Positions 6,657 through 13,249 of a DNA stretch of 13,249 nt are shown here, piece by piece. The notes beneath the pieces were generated by a model. That model worked only from the letters and a program-made list of their open reading frames with translations, was not told where the DNA came from and made no database searches. The stretch covers positions 1 through 13,249 of the forward strand of contig JBHHXN010000146.1 in assembly GCA_046757025.1 (NCBI GenBank), read 5' to 3'. Both the position numbers and the translations under genes were made by a program. The stretch is from a bacterium. GTDB taxonomy: Bacteria; Zhuqueibacterota; Zhuqueibacteria; Oceanimicrobiales; Oceanimicrobiaceae. The first letter of the stretch is position 1. Each line of letters opens with the position of its first letter.

Positions 6657-7865
6657 ATGAAAAAAACATTTTTACTCCTGATTGTATTTGGGGTGATGCT
6701 AAGCACCGTTTACGCTCAACAGACAGAGAATGTTTTCATCGCGGTCATCGATGGCGCTCGATATACAGAAACTTTCGGGGATAGCGCACACCAGTATATC
6801 CCCAAAATCTGGAACGAGCTGCGGCCCCTGGGCACCATCTACACGTCGTTTTATATCGATGGCCAGACAAAAACCAATCCAGGTCATGCCAGCGTTTTAA
6901 CCGGCACCTGGCAAAATATCGATAACATCGGCTTGCAGCGCCCCAATAAACCCACCCTGTTCGAATATTTCCGCAAGCAGAAAAATACCTCGCCAACGGA
7001 AAACTTTGTGGTATTGGGCAAAACCAAGCTCAACATTATATCAAACAGCAACCATCCCGAATACGGCAGCGCCTACCGCGCGTCGGTAAAAACCTCATCT
7101 TTACAGTATGATGACAACCAAACTTTGGAGAACATTAAGAGCGTGATAAATGATTATCATCCACGTCTGGTCATCACCAACCTGGCCGAAACCGATAATA
7201 AAGGTCACGCGGGAACCTGGGGTGGTTACGTGAACGCCATCAAGAAAGTCGATAACCTGATTTTTGAGCTGTGGAATATCATTCAAACCGATTCCCTTTA
7301 CCGGAACAAAACCACCCTGTTTGTCACAAATGATCACGGTCGGCATTCTTTCGACTTCACCAGTCACGGCGATCAATGCGAAGGCTGCCGGCACATCATG
7401 TTATTGGTGGTGGGGCCCGACACGCCGGCCGGGGTAGTAGATGCAAACGAACGGAAGCAGATCGACATTGCGCCCACCGTGGGTCATCTCCTAAAAATAG
7501 CTACGCCATACAGTGCGGGCAATGTACTCGAAACAGCTCTTGTAACGGCCGTCGCAGAACGCGAAATAGAGCAATCGGAGCTGGCCCGAAATTTCGTGCT
7601 GTTGCAAAATTATCCCAATCCGTTTAACCCGACTACTACCATTCGGCTCGAATTGCCAAAAGCAGCAACAGTGAGCTTGAAGATCTACAACGTCAAAGGG
7701 CAGTTGGTGAAAACGCTATTGAATACGTACTACCAGGCCGGTATTCACCGCAAACAATGGGATGGTACCGATGCCCACGGCAACCTGGTTTCCAGCGGCG
7801 TTTATTTCTACCGGCTTTCGGCTGACGATTTTGTCAGCGTGAAAAAAATGATCCTGGTGCGTTGA
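6657..7865 (+). CDS. Secreted alkaline-phosphatase-superfamily metalloenzyme with C-terminal FlgD-Ig/T9SS-A-like domain
   Basis: 402 aa with Sec signal MKKTFLLLIVFGVMLSTVYA. Metal and nucleophile motifs IDG, KTNPGHASVLTG (Thr), ETDNKGH, TNDHGRH. C-terminus QNYPNPFNPTTTI...IYNVKGQLVKTL...WDG...SSGVYFYRL...KKMILVR. Confidence 0.88.
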   Translation: MKKTFLLLIVFGVMLSTVYAQQTENVFIAVIDGARYTETFGDSAHQYIPKIWNELRPLGTIYTSFYIDGQTKTNPGHASVLTGTWQNIDNIGLQRPNKPTLFEYFRKQKNTSPTENFVVLGKTKLNIISNSNHPEYGSAYRASVKTSSLQYDDNQTLENIKSVINDYHPRLVITNLAETDNKGHAGTWGGYVNAIKKVDNLIFELWNIIQTDSLYRNKTTLFVTNDHGRHSFDFTSHGDQCEGCRHIMLLVVGPDTPAGVVDANERKQIDIAPTVGHLLKIATPYSAGNVLETALVTAVAEREIEQSELARNFVLLQNYPNPFNPTTTIRLELPKAATVSLKIYNVKGQLVKTLLNTYYQAGIHRKQWDGTDAHGNLVSSGVYFYRLSADDFVSVKKMILVR

Positions 7866-8228
7866 CAGGACAATTGGCTTGCAGGACTGGGAAATTACCC
7901 CTTCTTGGGTGGCTGCCCAAAACCGCAGATCATCTGCTCAGATACTTGTCAAATAAACACTGCAAAATTAGAGCATCTAACAATTTATTGGTTATTTATT
8001 GTGGGATTGATGATAATTATGTATCCAGCAAATGCGCGTACAAACAAACCTTCTTCACACTAATGAATGCTAAGTTTTAGCGAAATTAAACAATTTGTCA
8101 TTCCAATTGAACTTATCGTTGTTGTTTAGCAAGGTAAGTCCACCGGATGGAGAAGGACGTTTCCCAACAGATTTTCGAGATTGTTTTGCTCAAGGGTGAG
8201 AATTTCGGTGTTTAAGCCAGGGTGAATG

Positions 8229-8260
8229 GAGTGGAGCACCCAGAAGCGTGCCCCCCACTC
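8229..8260. repeat. Isolated REP-like hairpin
   Basis: GAGTGG (8229-8234) pairs with CCACTC (8255-8260), with inner GCAC/GTGC. Confidence 0.35.
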
Positions 8261-8351
8261 TAACAAATCAAGCCAGTTGTGCGAATACACAAACTTAAAT
8301 CGCATAACTCTGGGATTAAATAATCTTATAAAATGGGAGAAAAGTATCAAG

Positions 8352-9032
8352 ATGACTGAAAAACTGCAATCAAAGGGTACGTGCCGGTTTTGTCGAATTG
8401 ACCTGAACAAGACCGGCATGACTCGACATTTGAAGTCTTGTAATCAAAGGGCTGCGCAAATCGACCAGGCGAATAACAAGAAAAATAGGCAAGAAAATAT
8501 TTTTCATCTGCAAATTCAAGATGCTTATCAAGGCGACTATTGGCTGCATTTGGAGATGTCTGGAGCAACCAAACTTACAGAATTAGATAATTATCTCCGA
8601 GCAATTTGGCTTGAGTGTTGTGGTCATCTTAGCCAGTTTTCACATAAAAAATGGGGTGAAGAAATCTCGATGACGCTAACGGCGAATCAAGTATTTACGC
8701 CAGGGATAGAATTATATCACATTTATGATTTTGGTTCATCCTCCGAAACAAAAATTAAAGTCGCCGCCGAGCGAAATGGGAGTTTTCTTACTTCGAAACC
8801 GATCTTTTTGATGGCACGAAATGAGCCGCCTGAATTTTTATGTGAAGAATGTGGTAAGCCAGCAACGTGGTTATGTATAGAATGTATTTATGAATATGAA
8901 AGCGAAGGAACCTATTGCGACAAGCATGCTGAATCTCATCCCCATGACGATTATGGAGAACCGGTAGAGATAGTCAATTCTCCAAGATTGGGTGTATGCG
9001 GGTACACTGGCCCAGCCGATCCGCCATATTGA
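8352..9032 (+). CDS. pRiA4b ORF-3-like (IS1096 TnpR-like) protein with Cys/His zinc-binding motifs
   Basis: 226 aa from ATG 8352, with GGAGA upstream. Motifs CRFC...HLKSC, LDNYLRAIWLECCGHLSQF, HIYDFGS, RNEPP, CEECG..CIEC..CDKH, NSPRLGVCGY. More AT-rich than its neighbours. Confidence 0.75.
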   Translation: MTEKLQSKGTCRFCRIDLNKTGMTRHLKSCNQRAAQIDQANNKKNRQENIFHLQIQDAYQGDYWLHLEMSGATKLTELDNYLRAIWLECCGHLSQFSHKKWGEEISMTLTANQVFTPGIELYHIYDFGSSSETKIKVAAERNGSFLTSKPIFLMARNEPPEFLCEECGKPATWLCIECIYEYESEGTYCDKHAESHPHDDYGEPVEIVNSPRLGVCGYTGPADPPY

Positions 9033-9077
9033 AATGCACAAGATTCAAAATTTAGCAAATTCATCAATTTACAAATG

Positions 9078-10384
9078 CCTACCCCGCCAAGCTGGAACCC
9101 AAAAGGCAAAAGCACGCGCAAAGTGAGCCACCAGGAATTGGCCTCCTGCGCTTGGCGCCGTACATCGACAATCTTTTGTCCACATGTTAAAGCATCAATG
9201 TTCGAATATCGAAACACATTTAAGGATGGAATTCGAAATGCAGGGTGTTAGTGCCTGAACGGAACGCTTCATTCTTTGGGAGCCCGCTCTGCAAATTTGC
9301 GTCAATCTAAGGTTCAATAAACATCCTGCAAATCATTATTTTGGCATGATTACAGGATAAAACAGGATGCAACAAGATGATCCTTTCTTTGTATTTAGTG
9401 TCAGAAAAAATCAAGTTTCTAAATGATGGTTGTCGAATGCTCCGTTAAATAAATAAGGCCGATTAATATTTTTTCCCTTGCCCTGATTTTTTAAAATAAA
9501 AAAAATTGGTACTTTGATTAACATGAACTTATGAGAAATCCAGGATGATCCTGTCTATCCTGTAAATCCTGTTTATCCAGCTAAATAAGTTTTTGGTTGA
9601 CGCCAAAACGCTCAGCGGGAGACTGAAAAATCTTTTCACACGGAGTCGATTTGTTCAGAAAACGAACCCTCTGTACGAATTCACCCCTTTTGCATATTCG
9701 CAAATTGGGTTTAATTAGATTTTTCGTCGCCGTGTTTATCCTTCAAGAGGCTCAGGTAGTCTCTGAGCACCGACGAAGAACACCTCCGAACGCAAAATGG
9801 CGAGTTTTCGTTCAGACACTTATTACATGATAGTTTCGAAATCCGCCATCCCAAATCTGCAATCAGAATATTTCGGATTTCCTTTTGCCTTACTGCATTA
9901 ACCATCTTTTCGCAACAGCGACTGCGAAAATACGTAGCCTCTCTTAGTATTCTATTACCGCCAAGAACTTTGTATTGTTAGCAAAGTTTTTAAATATATC
10001 ACACAAAGCCGCCAAGCTTACAAAGAAAAGAACAAATATATTTACAACCATTGCCTCCTTGCGTGAGCCTTTATTTACACCCAAAACCAGCGATTGGCTT
10101 TTCGCTTTTGGCCATTGGTAGTTAATTTTTGCTACTTACATTGAGACTCTCATTTTACCCGTTAGGACTGTCTGCGTCTGCCTGTGCCGGAACCGGCCTG
10201 CTTCCGCAGGACTGGCAGGTGGTAAACAGGTGTACACACAGGCAGGTGCGTCACAAAAACCATTTTGGCTAATGGTGTTTCATTTGCTAACAGCCAACGG
10301 CTAATCGCGAATCACTCAATTTAGGTTAAAATTATTTTGCCCTTAATCATTTTGCCTTTTTGGTTGCGGCTTCGCCGCATTAGG
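9078..10384. repeat. Repeat-dense region bounded by two facing copies of a CCTA..AAGC..AACC.AAAAGGCAAAA motif
   Basis: 9078 onward reads CCTACCCCGCCAAGCTGGAACCCAAAAGGCAAAA; the reverse complement ending at 10384 reads CCTAATGCGGCGAAGCCGCAACCAAAAAGGCAAAA. Inside are ACAGGAT/ATCCTGT arms (9351-9575), heptad arms (10090-10112/10286-10308) and CTGCCTGTG/CACAGGCAG (10178-10245). Confidence 0.55.
9711..9905 (-). CDS. Possible small Cys-rich protein (64 aa, CxxC-x7-C-x3-C)
   Basis: ATG start and four clustered Cys (CNKC..FCVRRC). It occupies a non-repetitive island in a repeat-rich region. An SD-like GAGAGG is separated from the ATG by a 24-nt hairpin. Confidence 0.4.
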   Translation of the reverse strand: MVNAVRQKEIRNILIADLGWRISKLSCNKCLNENSPFCVRRCSSSVLRDYLSLLKDKHGDEKSN

Positions 10385-10424
10385 ATTTCCTCTGGAGGAT
10401 TGCCTATAATTGTAAAAAAAAATC

Positions 10425-10453
10425 TTGAGAATTATCTGAAAAATTTGTAAAAT
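10425..10453 (+). promoter_or_regulatory. Putative sigma70-type promoter for the IPCT/DIPPS operon
   Basis: TTGAGA (10425-10430), 17-nt spacer, TAAAAT (10448-10453), with an A-tract upstream (UP-element-like). Confidence 0.6.
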
Positions 10454-10647
10454 TAATGTTAGATTTTTTCGTAAAAATCTGGTTTCAAAGCTCGGTCACC
10501 GGCAAATCGATAGTTCGCACTTTTTTAATGGCCCCTTACAACATACGGATCCGAGTTTGCTGGGGAAAGTAGCTACGTACGCAATCGCAATAGCTGTTTA
10601 ATAAATAAGTCAAAAAAATAGGTCATCAGAGAAGGAGGTAATGAATT

Positions 10648-11979
10648 ATGCAAGCTGTGATCATTGCCGCCGGCAAAGGAAGCCGCATGAGTCATTTGTA
10701 CTCGCCCAAGCCCCTGACTCCTATTTTTGGTCTTCGGCTTATTGAGCGGATTATCCTGGTCGGCAAACGTGCAGGTGTTGACGATTTTAAAATAGTTGTT
10801 GGTTACGAAGGCACCAAAATTAAAAAAGTCATCGGCAGCGGTAAAAAGTATGGCGTACGCATTCAATATATCGACAATCCCGACTGGCAAAAAGGCAACG
10901 GGATGTCGGTGCTAAAAGCCAAAGATTCTGTCCAGGGAAAATTTCTGCTTTTGATGTCCGATCATCTTTGCGATGAGAAAATTCTGTCCAAATTGCTCAA
11001 AGCCGACGTTGAAGACGGCCAGTGTGTTTTGGGCGTGGATAAAAATCTGACCGGCGAACATTTTGATCTCAACGACGTCACTCGCGCCTTTTGTCAGGAC
11101 GGGCATGTGAAATATATCGATAAATCATTGGAAGACTTCAACGCCATCGATACCGGGGTTTTCCTGTGCACGCCCGTGATTTTTGACGCGCTGGAGAAAA
11201 GCTGCGGACAGGGACAGTACAGCCTCTCCGCAGGTAACCAGATTCTGGCACGAGAAGGCAGACTGAAGTCGCTGGACGCCACCGGATGTTTCTGGGTGGA
11301 TGTGGACAATGAGCAGGTCTTGAAAAAAGCCCGAGAAATGCTCATTCAGCAATTGTTCAAACCCACAGACGGGCCCATTTCCAAAAGACTGAACCGCCGG
11401 GTTTCGACGAAAATATCAGCTAGGTTGGCGAAATATCATGTCTCTCCCAATTCCATTACCGTGGCCAGTTTTGGTCTGGCTATTCTGTCGGCGTTATTTT
11501 TCTTTCTGGGTTCGTACCAATACGTGGTCATCGCCGGCGTAATGGCCCAGCTCTCTTCGATTCTGGACGGCTGCGATGGCGAAATTGCCCGCTTGAAATT
11601 CAAATTCAGCGCGTTTGGTGAGTGGCTGGATAGAATCCTCGACCGCTATTCCGACGGCTTGATTGTGCTGGGAATGACCTACGGCGTCTGGTCTGCCGAC
11701 GCAAGCGATTACGTTTGGATCGCCGGATTTCTGGCGCTGATGGGAACCTACATGAACAGCTACACCGCCATCGTGTACGATGAACTGCTGCGCAACAATC
11801 TCCTGCCTGGTCCAACCCTGCGCATGGGACGGGATGTGAGATTGTTCATCATTTTTCTGGGATCGCTGTTCAACCAGTTGATTACAACGCTTTTCATTCT
11901 TGGTGTGATAACCAATGTCGAATCCATACGCCGACTTTTCACTCTGCGAAATCGATACAAATTTGAAACGGCGCATTAA
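10648..11979 (+). CDS. Bifunctional NTP-transferase / CDP-alcohol phosphotransferase (IPCT/DIPPS-like)
   Basis: 443 aa with strong RBS AAGGAGG. N-terminal AVIIAAGKGSRM..PKPL, GNGMSV, LLMSDH, IDTGVF, WVDVD; linker KPTDGPISKRLNRRVS; SPNSIT; CDP-alcohol motif DGCDGEIAR..GEWLDRILDRYSD; RMGRDVR. Confidence 0.92.
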   Translation: MQAVIIAAGKGSRMSHLYSPKPLTPIFGLRLIERIILVGKRAGVDDFKIVVGYEGTKIKKVIGSGKKYGVRIQYIDNPDWQKGNGMSVLKAKDSVQGKFLLLMSDHLCDEKILSKLLKADVEDGQCVLGVDKNLTGEHFDLNDVTRAFCQDGHVKYIDKSLEDFNAIDTGVFLCTPVIFDALEKSCGQGQYSLSAGNQILAREGRLKSLDATGCFWVDVDNEQVLKKAREMLIQQLFKPTDGPISKRLNRRVSTKISARLAKYHVSPNSITVASFGLAILSALFFFLGSYQYVVIAGVMAQLSSILDGCDGEIARLKFKFSAFGEWLDRILDRYSDGLIVLGMTYGVWSADASDYVWIAGFLALMGTYMNSYTAIVYDELLRNNLLPGPTLRMGRDVRLFIIFLGSLFNQLITTLFILGVITNVESIRRLFTLRNRYKFETAH

Positions 11980-12532
11980 AACGCGCATCTTGAACGTCAT
12001 CAAAACCTCGCCCATTCCAGAAGATGTTGCCCATGCCCACAATGTTCTGGAATGGGTTTGGCGTTTTAAACCCGATGCCGATTTTGCGCTGCAGACCGCC
12101 GCCCTGGGCCATGACATTGAGCGCGCCCTTCCTCAGCGAAAAGTCAACCGGTCGGATTTTGCGACGTTCGATGAGTTTAAAATCGCACACGCTCAAAACA
12201 GCGCAAAAATCATTCGGGAAATTTTAGCCGAGTACCCGCTGCCGCTGGAGTTTGTGGAAAAACTGAGTTACCTGGTGGCGCACCACGAATTTGGGAACGG
12301 CCAGGACCCGGAGCTGAAGGTGTTGAAAGACGCCGACAGCCTGTCTTTTTTTGAAGTCAATTTGCCGCACTATTTCCAGCGTGAAAGCGAAGAGGAAACT
12401 TTCTTGCGGATGCAGTGGGGCTATGGTCGGTTGTCGCACAGGGCAAAACAGTATTTGAAAAGCTTGTGTTACCGTGAAAAAATTCTGAACACATTTCTAA
12501 ATCGGCTTCAACGGGAACGCGAAAATTTGTGA
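11963..12532 (+). CDS. HD-domain phosphohydrolase (DUF4202-like)
   Basis: Complete H..HD..H..HH..D set (HAHNV, GHDIERA, HAQNSA, AHHEF, DADSLSFF). The start is probably TTG 11963 (17-nt overlap with the upstream gene); ATG 11915 is the alternative. Confidence 0.8.
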   Translation: MKRRIKTRILNVIKTSPIPEDVAHAHNVLEWVWRFKPDADFALQTAALGHDIERALPQRKVNRSDFATFDEFKIAHAQNSAKIIREILAEYPLPLEFVEKLSYLVAHHEFGNGQDPELKVLKDADSLSFFEVNLPHYFQRESEEETFLRMQWGYGRLSHRAKQYLKSLCYREKILNTFLNRLQRERENL

Positions 12533-12551
12533 GGCAAAATGGAATTTTGTT

Positions 12552-12624
12552 AAATCCTGGCACGACGGAACCGCTAAATCTGGGCGGGAAGCTTCCACAA
12601 AATTCTGGCGTGCCGATTTTTTTT
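12552..12624 (+). terminator. Terminator-like structured 3' element after the operon
   Basis: GGCACGACGGAA (12559-12570) pairs with TTCTGGCGTGCC (12603-12614) around an inner CCGCT/GGCGG hairpin, followed by a T8 run. Confidence 0.45.
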
Positions 12625-12961
12625 CGGGCGGCTTGCATAAAAAAAACGTTCCCATTGACTTGTGTTCTAACTTTTCACACCTCCTGGCAGTCGCAGTATG
12701 CGCTTCACTGCACCATAAGCGACCTATTACCGCAGACTGCAATTTTACTTGCGTTTGCAGAAGTTATTATTTATAATCATTCATCGTGCCGGCTCGAAAT
12801 CCGATATCACTTCTTCAAAGCCAATATCCGTCAGTGCCAGCGTCAGTTTAATATTTCGTCTTCTAAAAACCTGAGTCGAACACCAGGATATGGAGAGCGG
12901 AAGTTAAATAAAATTACAATTATTTGACATTTATTGGTTTCTAATAATAAACATTTTGGTT

Positions 12962-13249
12962 GTGCGATTATTAGATAGGTTTCTATTATCAGCCATTTTT
13001 GTCTAATAATCGACACAAAATAAGACCGTAGCAAGCTAATAGTAATACGTTATAGCTGTAAAGAAACGAGCCTTAAAGTAAGATAAGATGGTAACCGCAA
13101 GAGTGTAAATGCATAGAGGGAAACAATATATCGGGTCGGATAGTGTTGGGGAAACGGCAACGATCGTTCCACCCTACCTACCCAACCGACCCCTAAAGCA
13201 AGCACGAAACGAATGCTTAGACTCGCAAGTTCTTTAAAAGAAAAGTCGA
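12962..13249 (+). ncRNA. 5' part (domain I-like) of a chloroplast-like group IIB intron or intron-derived RNA, truncated by the window end
   Basis: Starts GTGCGATT. Ordered blocks CCGTAGC (13026-13032)..TGTAA, GAGCCTTAAAGTAAGA (13068-13083), GGTAAC, GTGTAAATGC (13103-13112), AGGGAAA, ATCGGGTCGG...CCGACCCCTAAAGCAA match my recollection of CL-class IIB domain I. Supporting stems: AGCTA/TAGCT, GGGTCGG/CCGACCC, CGAG..TAAG/CTTA..CTCG. Domain V and the RT ORF are not in the window. Confidence 0.6.

Noticed and set aside
8126..8225. - strand fragment ..EILTLEQNNLENLLGNVLLHPVDLPC*
   Set aside because: It could be a gene remnant but is too short to assign to a family.
8226..8351. N-terminal extension of the 268-aa ORF
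   Set aside because: It crosses a REP-like hairpin; ATG 8352 has an RBS and directly precedes the CxxC motif.
9320..9580. CRISPR array
   Set aside because: Units are 7-10 nt, degenerate and inverted, with no constant repeat-spacer pattern and no cas genes.
10500..10585. c-di-GMP-I-like words GGCAAA, GAAA, ACGCAA in the IPCT/DIPPS leader
   Set aside because: Spacing and pairing do not fit the aptamer.
12781..12900. - strand fragment ..NIKLTLALTDIGFEEVISDFEPAR*
   Set aside because: Coding-like but without a start or a recognisable family; unsupported without a search.
12529..12927. 132-aa + strand ORF overlapping the HD gene stop
   Set aside because: It runs through a terminator-like structure and T/A runs, and the sequence is not protein-like.

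Overview
Bacterial genomic window. The C-terminal 'QNYPNPFNP...FlgD-Ig' domain suggests an FCB-related lineage such as KSB1, Calditrichota or Ignavibacteria (inference). It holds mostly unlinked + strand genes: a Tat-exported DUF362 protein, a PhyH-family dioxygenase, a Glu/Leu/Phe/Val dehydrogenase, a small 'cyclase'-like protein, a 4-TM membrane protein, a secreted alkaline-phosphatase-superfamily enzyme, a pRiA4b-ORF3-like Cys-rich protein, and a two-gene operon of bifunctional IPCT/DIPPS plus an overlapping HD-domain protein. A complete tnpA-only IS200-type element lies on the - strand. The intergenic DNA is unusually rich in nested palindromic elements, including a 90-bp MITE with an 11-bp direct repeat, REP-like doublets and periodic-arm inverted repeats. 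The last ~290 nt look like domain I of a chloroplast-like group IIB intron whose GTGCG 5' end is locked in a hairpin; the window edge truncates it. Best leads: this intron-like RNA, the HD protein as a candidate DIPP phosphatase, a switch-like leader before the PhyH gene, and the nested repeat elements. All family calls come from motif recognition by eye; no searches were run.
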